Notes under the pieces: generated by a model | Databases searched by the model: none | What the model was told of the DNA's origin: nothing | Seen by the model: only the letters and a program-made list of their open reading frames with translations | Assembly (NCBI GenBank): GCA_965214835.1 | Contig: CBDCCK010000002.1 | Location: 1,920,001-1,984,000 of the forward strand | DNA from: Nitrosopumilaceae archaeon | GTDB lineage: Archaea; Thermoproteota; Nitrososphaeria; Nitrososphaerales; Nitrosopumilaceae | Length of the DNA: 64,000 nucleotides | Direction of reading: 5' to 3' | Part shown: one piece after another, positions 32,201 through 41,967 of the stretch | Numbering within the stretch: the stretch's first letter is position 1 | Layout of the letters: the number at the start of each line of letters is the position of its first letter | Made by a program: the position numbers and the translations under genes

Positions 32201-32460
32201 TTTACGAGTATTTTGCAGCCGGCAAGCCCGTGGTGTCGACTTATCTTCCGGAGCTAGCTCCGGTATCTGACCTGTGCTACCTGTCAAGGAACCCAAAAGA
32301 GTTCCTTGCTAACATAGAGAGGGCACTGGCAGAGGGCGATGACGAGCTGGCAGAGCGCAGGAAGAGATTCGCCAGAGAGAACACATGGGATGATAGGTTT
32401 CAAAAACTGTACGGCGAGATGGCCAAAATCGACGCACTTGATCTCCATTCTCACACATGA
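26218..32460 (+). CDS. About 2080-aa multidomain glycosyltransferase: GT2-GT2-TPR-coiled coil-anchor-coiled coil-GT2-GT4-GT4-like
   Basis: VDNGSTD, YLDDDD, FLNDDM, GAGVKGKI, NPVKIYEYFAAGKPVVS motifs; ORF open from 26185. Confidence 0.9.
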   Translation: MSTPPACDIIIIVTRNDLDGTKRCLESIEKNRGAISYRYIFVDNGSTDGTIQYLKRFDGSALIRNKRDAGFVRAMNQGLERVRAEYAVWLDSGVIVTPGWLDTLVGHLERNPDAGAVGPMSNTAGVMQRDYSCGVGAEPAEIAEYGRDFHARHEGLTAEYHRIGGFCMVVRSELAAGIGPLDEGFNFGPLYDDDYCRRVREAGGAVLVARDVFVYRTDGEAPPSAGDPDSSPPFVDQKNRDYFLRKWVPQGGGRTANQPSGTPLVSVIMATQDRESTIPLAIKSVLSQTYENFELIIVNDGGRDIKGIIDGFGDPRIKYIRLEEHRGKSYANNYAIDRAGGELIAYLDDDDRLYPDHLEVTVGELVRFESRMLVYADYVKTYCKTDQNGVQVPIRKELEILENAAYDPLDQSNFIPNFAVVHKRELFDAERYDEELEVFEDWDILRRFSKHAYFVHIPKATGEYWINTQDSTRNFSRFMDKNRDVVASYIRTKYTTTKSRTLLDLFSADRLAKSSEWSDALVAYRSILQTDPEYIPALEGCARCLYNLRRYSDCSKVLDRVLGHDRYNYEMYMLQGNALANTGDYGGARTWMELALVVGHDAGALRMLQDCYENLQGQDSGEFIGLQAREMLDVEATAVDQQTPESELADRYEKLQAEVDEKNARALHLDEEIGTKGERLQELQAEVDEKNARALHLDEEIGTKGERLQELQAEVDEKNARALHLDEEIGTKGERLQELQAEVDEKNARALHLDEEIGTKGERLQELQAEVDEKNARALHLDEEIGTKGKSKSNLQMRLDSARKTLERKESQIADLRRQLHAQHNESEEIRQSILFKTATSLAKKLDRSFPQNTRRGEILRLSKASLDIIQNDGYVALLRAIREKRRGRAGSDAKDTVIVSEKTKQHLDEASAADSAGTQIDELERDKAELGTQVDELERDKAELGTQVDELERDKAELGTQVDELERDKAELGTQVDELERDKAELGTQVDELERDKAELGTQVDELERDKAELGRHILAEKVRRYSETVKLDDPKLSSRIICNEYPVEPDEDLRDHMQIGSAKILTLPRNPKVSIIIPTLNQTDYLRKNLKSIESKTTYKNYEIIIVTNNKDEDSEMRRYLDGVRYKVLIYDDKYSFAKINNYASKSARGEYLLFLNDDMEVASPNWLEAMLKLALDKKTGAVGGKLLSTDGTLQEAGCIVWGNGSVWNYGRGDDPDKAEYNFVREVDYCSGACLMIRREIFEESGGFDAGYEIAYWEDSDLCQAIRQRGYSILYQPMACLVHHEGRTQGTDTSTGIKSFQVTNKERYMKKWGGVIQGRHPDSPKNVFFERNRKAGLNILYIDQYVPEYDRDAGSLTAYYVVSILASMNHNVTFWPDNLVRTEPHTTELQQKGIEAVYGNRDFEEFLKGRRETFHVCFTSRPHITARYFDHLKRYAPGCKIIYDTTDLHFVREYRMAVLSKDQSKIAAASRNSEGELSLIGMSDVVIVKSLKEARFLLNEDPDLSVAVIPPMQIPLENPVPFEKRRDFLFLGGFAHLPNVDALEFLINRIFPKIRERLPDARLYVTGSNASKKVRDLCTGAESVAFLGYIQDIEGYLDRCRIMLAPLTYGAGVKGKITDSFARGLPVVTTSVGAEGISPDDGKILLIEDDPAGFADRAISAYTNESLWNTLSKNSLAFANTHYSPELGRDTLTQILAKEANGALPPPSTFTKKDIICFPIIDWGFRYQRSQHIMSKFAEAGHRVFYLTVDLECLKTPYEITEIKKDVYELKLRSPTPFNIYREEFNAELVDGVMESFLHAKDVLNIDGIAFVQYPTWFMLVRQLQKKHGMGVVFDILDEFMGFDNVPKARIREEKDLIECSDMVTASSSYLMKKTKRSSTVIVPNACEYEHFAQSDTHLLSDHTKPIIGYFGAIASWLDVSLIEYAATRRPNWTFVLIGYTVADVTRLQKLHNVSFLGERPYSDLPSYLADFDVCLIPFVDSDFIEAVNPVKIYEYFAAGKPVVSTYLPELAPVSDLCYLSRNPKEFLANIERALAEGDDELAERRKRFARENTWDDRFQKLYGEMAKIDALDLHSHT
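28180..28583 (+). repeat. 5 x 84-bp tandem repeat (28 aa)
   Basis: LQAEVDEKNARALHLDEEIGTKGERLQE at 28180, 28264, 28348, 28432, 28516 (last one partial). Confidence 0.95.
28969..29262 (+). repeat. 7 x 42-bp tandem repeat (14 aa = 2 heptads)
   Basis: GTQVDELERDKAEL x7 (first unit has I for V). Confidence 0.95.
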
Positions 32461-33449
32461 CTGACAAAAACGGAAGGCAGGCCACGGTCTCCATAATCGT
32501 AGTCAACTGGAACGGGAAAAAATTCATCAGATCATGCCTGGAGTCACTGCTCAGCCAATCGTACCGCGACTTTGAAGTGACGGTGGTCGACAACAACTCG
32601 TCAGACGGCTCCGCCGAGATAGTCAAAAGCGAGTTTCCGCAGGTGAGGCTGATCAGAAACGACGAAAATGTCGGATATGCGGAGGGAAACAACATAGGGA
32701 TAAGAGAGTCTGTGGGGGACATAATCTGCTTCTTCAATCCAGATGCCGTGGCTGAAAAAAACTGGCTGTCTGTCATGGTAAGCTCGCTCCAAAGCTCCGA
32801 GACCATTGGCGCGTGTACGGGAAAGATGTACTATTTGGGAAACGAGTTCGGGAAGAATGCCGTGTTCTGCACGTGGTCCAAGGTTGATCCGCGTTCTGCA
32901 AGGCCGTACAACTTTCACGACGACGAGCCCGTCTCCAAGGTGGACTATCTGACGGGGGCTGCCATGGCGGTGAAGCGGAGCGTCATGGACAGAATCGGGC
33001 CGATGGATCCGGGATATTTCCTGTATTTTGACGAGACGGATCTGTGCGCACGGATAATCCGTGCCGGGTATGATCTGCTGTACGTTCCGACTGCCGTAGT
33101 ATGGCATGCGGTGTCCGGACTCGTCTCCGACCATGACAAAAAGTCATACTTCATGGAGAGGAGCAGGATAAGGTTTGCTGTGAAAAACTTCGATGCCAGA
33201 TACCTCCCGCGATTTTGCGCCATTGTTCTTGCCGAGACGATCGGGATCCTTTACAATGACGTGGCGCGCATGGACTTTGCGCGCAGCAGGATCCGCTGCA
33301 GGGCGGTTTTTTGGAACATGGCAAACCTAGTGCGCACCATACGCAGAAGAAGGCAGGACTTTGGCCAGATAAAGAAGTCAGACGTGTTCAGATCCTACAA
33401 TGACTCCCTCCCATTGGGCAAAATCCGTACCAGGGCCGATGATCTGTGA
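32457..33449 (+). CDS. GT2 glycosyltransferase (WbbL-like)
   Basis: IVVNWNG, VDNNSSD, FFNPDA, YFDETDLC; ATGA overlap with the upstream gene. Confidence 0.9.
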   Translation: MTDKNGRQATVSIIVVNWNGKKFIRSCLESLLSQSYRDFEVTVVDNNSSDGSAEIVKSEFPQVRLIRNDENVGYAEGNNIGIRESVGDIICFFNPDAVAEKNWLSVMVSSLQSSETIGACTGKMYYLGNEFGKNAVFCTWSKVDPRSARPYNFHDDEPVSKVDYLTGAAMAVKRSVMDRIGPMDPGYFLYFDETDLCARIIRAGYDLLYVPTAVVWHAVSGLVSDHDKKSYFMERSRIRFAVKNFDARYLPRFCAIVLAETIGILYNDVARMDFARSRIRCRAVFWNMANLVRTIRRRRQDFGQIKKSDVFRSYNDSLPLGKIRTRADDL

Positions 33450-33673
33450 CTGGATCAAAAATGAGCAAAGTGGAATAGGCCAAGACTGCAGACAGATCAT
33501 TGAAGATCTGGCTTTGTCCATCACTGGATCCAAATCCGCCTAGCACTGGGTTGTTGCGCATTTCACTTAGCCACTGAAAAGAAATGGGATGCATGGGAAC
33601 AGCCCTCCATCTTTTGGACAAGGCGCCCATTCTCTCAATTGCTTGGATGGCAGGCCCGCCTTGATGATCCGAC

Positions 33674-34750
33674 TTAGAAGCATCTTTTCAGGATCTGGAT
33701 GATTTTTTCGGATGCGCCGCCGCGCCCGTATGGGGAGGATCTCCGTGTCCCGAGAGACGGCATATTCGTGATGCTCTCTATGGATTTCTGTATTTGTGGA
33801 GGCGATGTTCCCGCCATCAACGCATGACCGGATGTGATCGACTCCGGACGATCGGTGGTTTTTCGGATCACGACTGCCCTTTTTCTGATCGACGGCGCGG
33901 TTACCTCCTCCTGAATCCCGCCCGAGTCGGTAACAACGAACGAGGATCTCTTCATAAGTTCAAGCATGTCAAAGTATCCGGCAGAATCCAGCAAGGTGAA
34001 GTTTTCTGATCTCTCCAGCTTTTCCAGGAGGCCGAGCTGAACCAACCGCTTTTTTGTTCTAGGGTGAACGGGAAAGACAAAGCGCTGTTGTTTGCAACCA
34101 AGCAGTGCGCCGATTATCGAGGACAGGGAGGAGTCGTCATCCACGTTTTCTGATCGGTGCAGAGTCAGCAAGGCATAGTCGTCGATGCCAATGTCAAGGG
34201 TGGACTTTGCCCGGGAGATCTTTGCATACTTTTCAATAGAGTCAATCACCGTATTTCCCGTCACGTAGATCTTTCCGTGGACGCATTCAGCAAGCAGGTT
34301 TGCCCTAGAGGTTTTTGTCGGTGCAAATAAAAGCTCCGAGACGTGATCGACGCAGATCCTGTTGTGCTCTTCTGGCATTCTCCAATCGAAGCTCCTCAGC
34401 CCGGATTCGACATGGCTGACCGGAACCTTGGATTTTAGCGATGTGACGGCGGAGGCCAGAACCGTGTTTGTATCCCCCTGCACTATAACGGTGTCAGGCT
34501 TTGCCTCGTCAAGTATTTTAGAAAGCCGGATCATGATCTCGCCCATCTGAACAGTCGGGACGGACTTTGAAATCCGCAATGAATAGTCGGGTCTGCGCAG
34601 TCCGAGCTGCTCGATGAAATCCATGCCCATCAAGTGATCATAGTGCTGTCCGGAGAATATCAACGTGGAGTCTTTTCTGCGCAGCTGGCTTATGACCGGA
34701 GCGAGTTTGATTATCTCCGGCCTGGTTCCTATTACAACGGCAGTCTTCAT
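33674..34750 (-). CDS. wecB: UDP-N-acetylglucosamine 2-epimerase (non-hydrolysing)
   Basis: GTRPEIIKLAP, QGDTNT, HVESGLRS, PEEHNR, TDSGGIQEE. Confidence 0.95.
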   Translation of the reverse strand: MKTAVVIGTRPEIIKLAPVISQLRRKDSTLIFSGQHYDHLMGMDFIEQLGLRRPDYSLRISKSVPTVQMGEIMIRLSKILDEAKPDTVIVQGDTNTVLASAVTSLKSKVPVSHVESGLRSFDWRMPEEHNRICVDHVSELLFAPTKTSRANLLAECVHGKIYVTGNTVIDSIEKYAKISRAKSTLDIGIDDYALLTLHRSENVDDDSSLSSIIGALLGCKQQRFVFPVHPRTKKRLVQLGLLEKLERSENFTLLDSAGYFDMLELMKRSSFVVTDSGGIQEEVTAPSIRKRAVVIRKTTDRPESITSGHALMAGTSPPQIQKSIESITNMPSLGTRRSSPYGRGGASEKIIQILKRCF

Positions 34751-34784
34751 GGAATTCAAGTACACAAACCCGGAACTCGTTATA

Positions 34785-36249
34785 TGTTGTACGAAAAGTA
34801 GTTCGCCCCTTGTCCGAGTATGCAAGGCCGGCCGGAATCAGGAGCTGCATCAGCGTTACAGTAAGCAGTGGAAACAGGGGTGCGTGGACCTATACTGATG
34901 ACCATTGAAAATTTCGCCTGATCACACATCTTGTAAAGGTTTATAGCTCCCCACCATGTCACTCCCGGCATGAACAAGACGAAAATCCTCACGGATGCCA
35001 TGCATGTCGAAAAGGATCTCAAGACTCACACCAGAATCATGGCGGTGCGCTCCGTACTGCTTGGCAACACCACCGCACATACTGCGGAGATTGCCGACGT
35101 GACACAGCGCACCGTACAGATGTGGGTTGAAAGGTTCGAGCTTGACGGCATCGAGGGCCTCCGTGACTCCCCCAACAGGGGCAAAAAACCAAAGGTTCCG
35201 GTCGGCAGGATAAAAAAGATCGCCACGAGGCTGCGCAGGATGGAAAAGCTCACCCCGAAGAAGCTGTGCAACTGGGTACGCCACAGGCTGCATGTCACAT
35301 ACAGCGTGGGAAGCATCAGGAGGATCCTGCGCGCGATGGGGTTTTCGCTAAAGACATCAACTACCAAGCTGGCAGATGCTGCCGACGCAAAAGCTGTAAG
35401 ACGGTGGCAAAGAGAGGCAAAAACTGCGATAAAGCTTGCAAAAAGGCGCGGATTTAGGATAACCGTACAGGACGAATCGATATTCGTCAGTACGGGAAGG
35501 GACGGCAAAAAGTTCTGGTCGCCCGTGGGGGACAGGATCGAGGTGGAACGATCCGGCAGAAGGGAGCGCGTCGTGGTATACGGGACGATTGCAGACGACG
35601 GAACCAGGCTGATGCGCACGTACGACAGGTTCAACAGCGCAAACTTTGTGCATTATCTTAAACAGGCGCACAAAAAGTGGGGAAAGGTCCTGATGGTGAT
35701 GGACAACGCAGCACAGCACAAGACCAAAAAGGTCCGCAGATACCTAAAGAAAAATCCCGACGTTGTCTTGCTGTACCTGCCGGTAGCTAGGCCGGAGCTG
35801 AGCGCCATAGAGGCAGTCTGGAAGGATGCCAAGTACAGGCTGGTCACGTCTGCCTTTTACGACACGGTGGATCACCTCAAAAAGGCCGTCTCGGAATACT
35901 TTAGGACGTGTTCCATCAGGGTTGACATCTACAAGTATCTTGAGCGCAGCTTGTAAGGGAGGCGAAATTTTCAATGACCATCAGTATAGCGCCAAGGGTT
36001 GCGCAAATACGTGTGCGAACAATCCCGACAACGTGAAACTCGCAGACAGGCAAGTATGACGGATCGTGCGAGAAAAGAGAAAGGACGGTTCTGCCAATGC
36101 CCCGATAGCCGAATCCATGGGCATACAGTGCGGTGGATTCAGAAGCTGTGGGCCAGGCAGAGACTGTCCACTGATTGGCGACATAACGCATCCTGCGCCC
36201 ATGGAAAGGCCGGAAAAAGGCCTGTCCGGACGCATGGGGCACTTCTCTT
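34785..36249 (+). mobile_element. Degenerate IS481-family 5' remnant, interrupted by IS630
   Basis: TGT-starting end tgttgtacgaaaagtagttcgcccc; decayed HTH KLADRQV*RIVREKRK...IAESMG...VRWIQKLWAR. Confidence 0.6.
34895..35984 (+). mobile_element. Intact IS630-family element (transposase 34970-35956)
   Basis: TIR ctgatgaccattgaaaatttcgcct with TA duplication; QDES, MDNAAQH, PELSAIEAVW motifs. Confidence 0.95.
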
Positions 36250-36350
36250 GTATGAAGTCACGTCCCTAAACCAGCCTCATGACCTCTTCTGCTACGGATC
36301 TGACCGGGAGGCCCTAAACACTTACATGTTGACAGAGTAGGGATGGGGTA

Positions 36351-37147
36351 TTGGATCTCGTTTACCGTAGTTGTCCCTGTTGTGGGGGGGGGGTTACGAA
36401 AAACAACTTGGTCAGTTGGAAGGTAATGCTTTCAACGTACGAGAGAAATACAATCTGTCATATTGCAATGGCTGCGATGTTGTTTACATGTCCACAACAC
36501 CCACTGATCGTTTTATACACGAGTCGTACGCTACCAATTTGGTTTATGATGGTCACGTATACAGAGAAAATGTGGACATGATAAAAAAAACATATGACAA
36601 TTTTCTCGACGAACTTGATCAACGCTGCTCTTTTCCACCAAACCTATCGGTGTTGGAAATTGGCAGCGGTTTGAGTTGGGTATGCGGTGCGGCCAAAAGA
36701 AGGTTTCCATCGTGTTTTACCGTTGCTCAGGATCTCACCGATGAGGTCATGAAGGAATGTAATCAGGCTGACAAGTATTATGTCGGTAAATTAGAAAACC
36801 TTCTACCACAGATATCAAAACATAAGCCGTTTAGTCTGATCTCAATGACACATGTGTTTGAACACGTCATCTATCCAAAAGCTGTTTTAGCCACATGTGC
36901 AGATCTGTTGTCGAAGAAAGGAATGATTTTCATAACGGCTCCTTACAGGCCACCAAGATGGACGAACGATTCGCCAATATCTGACTGAGCAAAATGGGAT
37001 CTGAATCATGTTCCGGCGCATCTGAGCTATTTCAGTGAGAAAAGCCTCAAAATCATGGCCAAAACGGCAGGATTGCAATTGACCTTTTACCGACTCGAAA
37101 ATGATGACACTGTTTTCACGGCCGGCCTGAGTCACAACCCAAAGTAA
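36351..37147 (+). pseudogene. Zn-ribbon class I methyltransferase, frameshift at G10 and TGA at 36986
   Basis: CPCC...CNGC split across frames at 36384-36393; VLEIGSG, THVFEHV; frame resumes after the stop with AKWDLNHVPAHLSYFS. Confidence 0.85.
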
Positions 37148-37571
37148 GAGCCGGCTTGGATAAAAAACAGGGCCCTTTTCAATTAAAAAAATCTAGGAGA
37201 CTAGGTCGCACAAAAGGTTTGGTTCTTTCTGCCTTTGTTCCGGCCATGCAAAGCTGTAATTTGGCTTTCTGTTGTCGGCAGTAGTGGAGTCCACCTTCTT
37301 TTTTGTGTCTTCTTCTCCCATTGATTCGGCCTTTGGTTCTTCTTTTTTGCGTTCGGCGGTCATTGACTTTAACCAGTAGACGGAAATGTACCCCCTTTAA
37401 ATACGCCTGGCAGACGGCAGCATAAAAAAATCCGCCAAAAATGCAAGCAAATCCGGATCACGCAGATCAACTGCAAGGCGCTCCTACCCGCCCATAGTGC
37501 TTGAACAAAACAACGGGCAAAAGCACCGCATCGACATGGGAAACAGGGTGCTTGTAGACTTTGCGTAATCC

Positions 37572-38868
37572 CAGCTAAGTGAAAAGTACCCCAGATCTGG
37601 CGTCATGGAGGGGGGCTTGGGCTACCTGAGACACGCCGTCATGCACTCCTTGAACACCAGCATTGTCATGACGTTTTGCACCCCGGATCCCTCGCTGAGC
37701 AGCGCCTTGGCAATTATCCACTTGTTGAAGATCACCATCGAGTAGTAAAAGCATAGCATCCTGGCGGCCAGGTCGACGATCCGGGTCTTGGCTCTGCACT
37801 CCTCTAGCTTGGCGTATCCTGTCTCGATTCCCCACCTTGACGAGTACAACTCGATCCTGATCTTGGGACAGTTCGTTGCAAACCCGATGAACTTTTTCTC
37901 CGGCCTGTCCTCTGCTGCATCCACCGGCTTGTTGTCGTCCCCGGACTTTTTCCTGTCCGTTATTACAATCGAATACGTGGCAGAAGCCGTGTTGTTCTCG
38001 ATTATATTTTCGGATACCCTGGACCTCTTATCGTCATCGAACTCGCTGAGTGCTGCGACCACGTTGCCCGTGTTCCTGCACGGCATCAGGAACTTTACTC
38101 CCCTCTCCTGCAGCATGGCAATCACCTCTACTGAGAAGAACTCGCGGTCAAGGAGGAGGAGGCGCACCTTGATTCCTGCCCTTTCAAGCTGGTCTAGGAT
38201 CAAACCGGCCGATTCAGGCACGGAATCAAGCCTTTTTACGTGCAGCACGCCTAGTGTCAGGCTCAGCCCGTCGTCGATGCACTCGGCAGTGACGTATCTC
38301 TCGGCGTATGTGGTCCCATCCTTTTTCTTCTGGCGCGACAGGTTCTCATCTGGCCTTCTGTCATAGCGGGAGATCTTGTGCAGGTCTATTGCTATTGTCA
38401 GCCCTCTCTTGGGAATCCTTTTGGCCCTGCTTAATCTTTCACACTGCCGTTTTATCTGCGCCTCAAAGGCCTCCTGCGCGGCCTCCGGAGTGGTCGCCTT
38501 GATCCTGTAGGCGTGCCATCTGGCAGAGGGCCCGGCGCCGCTTGTACACCCCGTGGCGTTGACGCATCCGCCCACCGATGCGTCACCGAGTGCGCCGCGC
38601 ATCATGCCGCGGTTCAGGTCGTCGATCCCGTATATGGCGTTGTGTTTCCCGGACATTCTGACGCACGAGAGCATGTTCCTTCCGCCATCTGCAACATGTT
38701 CATATATGCGCGGGTTGTTCTCAAGATCGCGGCACTGCCTGGATTTTTGTTTTGACAACGAAAACCACGGGGCCGTACCGTAATTGATCCGTTTGCATCT
38801 GTCAGTGTTGTCAAGACGGTCTAAATTTCTTGGTTTTCTGCCTGACTGGGGTACTTTTCACTTAGCTG
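37572..38868 (-). mobile_element. ISH3-family element (transposase 37622-38758)
   Basis: TIR cagctaagtgaaaagtacccca; AIDLH, LLDREFFS, YSSRWGIETGY. Confidence 0.9.
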
Positions 38869-38910
38869 CTGACCACAGCACAAATATATTTATCAGATTT
38901 GATACCGTAT

Positions 38911-39942
38911 GTGGAAATAATCCGAAGCCGTGCCCCGCTGCGCATCAGCTTTGCAGGAGGCGGGACAGACGTGTCCCCATACCCTGAACTAAGGGGGGGC
39001 GCAGTAATCAGCACCACCATAGACAGGTATGCCTACGTATCATTGCAGGCAAATCAAGAAAACCGGGTGCAAATCAAATCTCACGACTATAATCTTTTGG
39101 AAATATTTGACAACATCTCTGATATGACATATGACGGAAAACTGGATCTGGCCAAAGCTGCAATAAACATATTGAATTTGGAAAAGACCTATTTTGACGC
39201 GCTAATACACGTCGATTCCCCGCCAGGATCCGGCCTGGGATCATCCTCTGCTGTAGCCGTAAGCCTGATCGGCTCACTGTCCCATCTCTCAAGGAAAAAC
39301 CTCTCCACTTACGAGATAGCAGAAAAGGCCTACGATGTAGAAAGATCCGAACTGGGAATCAAGGGCGGCAAGCAGGATCAATATGCGTCGTCTTTTGGCG
39401 GGTTCAACCTTTTGGAGTTCAAGAGATCATCCGTTGACGTCACCCCGCTTCGAATAAGGCGTGAAGTCCTAAACGAGCTGCTGGCCTCCATCGTGGTCTG
39501 CGACACGCAGGTTACCCGGCTGTCTGCCAATATCCTTGAAAGGCAGTCAGAGAGCTACTCAAGGGGAAGCAACGCCGTTGATTCTAATCTGGATTTCATA
39601 AAAAAATCCACCTATGACATGAAGGCCTATCTAATCAAAGGCGACATGAAAAGCATGGGCGAGTTGCTGCATGAGGGCTGGACGTACAAAAAGAAACTTG
39701 ACAGCGAGATCAGCAATCCGTCAATCGATAGGATCTATGACGCTGCCTTGGAAAATGGCGCATCCGGGGGAAAACTGTTGGGGGCCGGCGGAGGCGGACA
39801 TTTTTTGCTTATTTGTGATCCAGACAAGCGCGAAGAAGTTTCGCATGCCGTAGAAAAAATGGGCTGCAAGCAAATCAAAATAAACTTTGACACTGAGGGA
39901 TTGCAGGTGTGGAAAAAAGACAATGATCGCATCATGTATTGA
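38911..39942 (+). CDS. hddA: GHMP kinase, heptose-7-phosphate kinase-like
   Basis: APLRISFAGGGTD, PPGSGLGSSS, GKQDQY, GKLLGAGGGG; adjacent to gmhA. Confidence 0.85.
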   Translation: MEIIRSRAPLRISFAGGGTDVSPYPELRGGAVISTTIDRYAYVSLQANQENRVQIKSHDYNLLEIFDNISDMTYDGKLDLAKAAINILNLEKTYFDALIHVDSPPGSGLGSSSAVAVSLIGSLSHLSRKNLSTYEIAEKAYDVERSELGIKGGKQDQYASSFGGFNLLEFKRSSVDVTPLRIRREVLNELLASIVVCDTQVTRLSANILERQSESYSRGSNAVDSNLDFIKKSTYDMKAYLIKGDMKSMGELLHEGWTYKKKLDSEISNPSIDRIYDAALENGASGGKLLGAGGGGHFLLICDPDKREEVSHAVEKMGCKQIKINFDTEGLQVWKKDNDRIMY

Positions 39943-39989
39943 GTGCAACATCAAACAGTTTAATACCGTATGCCGATGGTGTCTAAGAC

Positions 39990-40595
39990 ATGAAATACGC
40001 CCGTTTTATAGAACACGAATTACAAGACAGTATAGACGTAAAAAAATCACTCCTACAGGATGTCCAAACGATTCAAAGAATAGGAAAATCCATGATCAAA
40101 TCCGTCAACTCAAACCATGGCATATTTTTTCTTGGAAATGGCGGCAGTGCTGCTGATGCGCAGCACATGGCAGCCGAATTGGTGGGGCTGTTTGGCCACG
40201 ACATAAAGCGGGCTGCGCTTCCTGCAACTGCCCTGACCACCAACTCGTCCATCCTTACTGCAGTATCTAACGACATCTCTTTTGACAAGGTATTCTCAAG
40301 GCAAGTTGAAGCTTTTGTTAAAAAGGGCGACGTAGTGGTGGGGATAAGCACCTCTGGACGCTCAAAAAATATCATCGAGTCGATAAAGCTTGCCAAGAAA
40401 AAGGGCGCCATCACAGTTGCCCTTACCGGAAAAAACAAGAATCCCCTGTCAAAAATTGCCGATGTCTCTATGCATGCCCCCTCAAACAACACCCAGAGAG
40501 TCCAGGAATGCCACATTACGCTGGGCCATATCTTCTGTGGGATGATTGAAAATTCCCTCAAATCCGACTTTATCTTGACTGGAAGAAAGGCTTAA
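39990..40595 (+). CDS. gmhA: Sedoheptulose-7-phosphate isomerase
   Basis: GNGGSAADAQH, SND, ISTSGRS, RVQECH. Confidence 0.95.
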   Translation: MKYARFIEHELQDSIDVKKSLLQDVQTIQRIGKSMIKSVNSNHGIFFLGNGGSAADAQHMAAELVGLFGHDIKRAALPATALTTNSSILTAVSNDISFDKVFSRQVEAFVKKGDVVVGISTSGRSKNIIESIKLAKKKGAITVALTGKNKNPLSKIADVSMHAPSNNTQRVQECHITLGHIFCGMIENSLKSDFILTGRKA

Positions 40596-40622
40596 TATCA
40601 CATCGTACTTTGCCCAATAACG

Positions 40623-41582
40623 TTGAGGGTGTTTGTCACCGGGATTGCCGGTTTCGTAGGAAGCCACATGGCAGAATACATCTTGGAAAAACACCCCGAA
40701 TACGAGGTTCATGGCGGTTCCAGATGGAGAAGCGACCTGCAAAACGTCAAGCATCTGGATGGAAAGGTCTCCCTGCATGATTTTGAGCTGCGCGACGAAA
40801 AATCCGTAGCGAACGTAATCAAAGACGTTCGGCCAGAGAAAATATTCCACCTTGCGGCCCAGTCTTACGTGATGTCAAGCTACGAGTCTCCACGTGATAC
40901 CATTGAAACAAACGTCATTGGGACGCTGAACCTTTTTGAGGCCATTAGAAAATCAGACATCGATCCGGTCGTACATGTCTGCAGCTCTTCGGAGGTGTAC
41001 GGCCAAGTCAGTCCCGACGAAGTACCCATCAAGGAAACCAACGAACTAAGGCCTGCCAGTCCGTATGCCCTAAGCAAAGTGGGCGAGGATCGACTTGGAT
41101 ATCAGTACTTTGATTCCTACGGGATCAAAAACATCATGTCCAGGGCATTCACTCACACCGGCCCGCGCAGAGGCGACGTATTTGCCGAATCCAGTTTTGC
41201 CAAACAAATAGCAGAAGCTGAGAACGGAAAACGCGAGCCCGTTGTCAGTGTGGGCAACCTGGACTCTGTCCGGACCTTTCTTGATGTGAGGGATATTGTT
41301 CACGCATATTGGCTGCTGACTGAAAAATGTGTTCCCGGTGAGGCCTATAATATTGGCGGAAAAACCACAATGAAGGTAGGAGAGATGCTTGACATGATGA
41401 TCGAGATGAGCAGCAAAAAGATCGCAATAAGACAGGATCCAAGACGTATGCGGCCTTCAGATGTCACGTTGCAAATTCCCGACGTTTCCAAGTTTGTAGA
41501 CAAAACTAATTGGGAACCCACAATTCCGGTTGAAAAAACGTTCAGGGATCTTTTGGATTACTGGCGTGATATAACGAAGTAA
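40623..41582 (+). CDS. GDP-sugar 4,6-dehydratase (Gmd/DmhA-like SDR)
   Basis: TGIAGFVGSH, HLAAQSYV, SSSEVYG, SPYALSK, GNLDSVRTFLDVRD. Confidence 0.85.
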   Translation: MRVFVTGIAGFVGSHMAEYILEKHPEYEVHGGSRWRSDLQNVKHLDGKVSLHDFELRDEKSVANVIKDVRPEKIFHLAAQSYVMSSYESPRDTIETNVIGTLNLFEAIRKSDIDPVVHVCSSSEVYGQVSPDEVPIKETNELRPASPYALSKVGEDRLGYQYFDSYGIKNIMSRAFTHTGPRRGDVFAESSFAKQIAEAENGKREPVVSVGNLDSVRTFLDVRDIVHAYWLLTEKCVPGEAYNIGGKTTMKVGEMLDMMIEMSSKKIAIRQDPRRMRPSDVTLQIPDVSKFVDKTNWEPTIPVEKTFRDLLDYWRDITK

Positions 41583-41967
41583 AAGGCCTTGGAATTTCAT
41601 GGGGCATGACGGCCTCCTAATGACGGCAGTGAGTCGGTTCGGGCTTTGCAGACCCTGATCATGCATGAACGAATCTGCATCAGATGGATGTCATGTGAAA
41701 TCCCATTGGCATCCCGGGAGTTGATCCGGAATTAAAAGCCGTGCAAATCATTTCCCGGATTTTTCTGCTGTGTATCTGCCAGGTAACTCATAGGCAGTTT
41801 ATCATCTGCAGGCATCCTAATCGATTTGATGCAGGCAGGCTTGTTCATGCGTCACGATCCGAGTCTGCTGGTTTCGAATCAACTCTCCGGCAAACGTGGT
41901 TTTCATATGACACGGTAATGATTGGCCGTAATGGCAAATTTTTATTGAGTGCAAGCTACAAGACTGT

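Noticed and set aside
36986-36988. TGA as selenocysteine
   Set aside because: Context fits a TGG-to-TGA change in a gene that is already frameshifted; no SECIS evidence.
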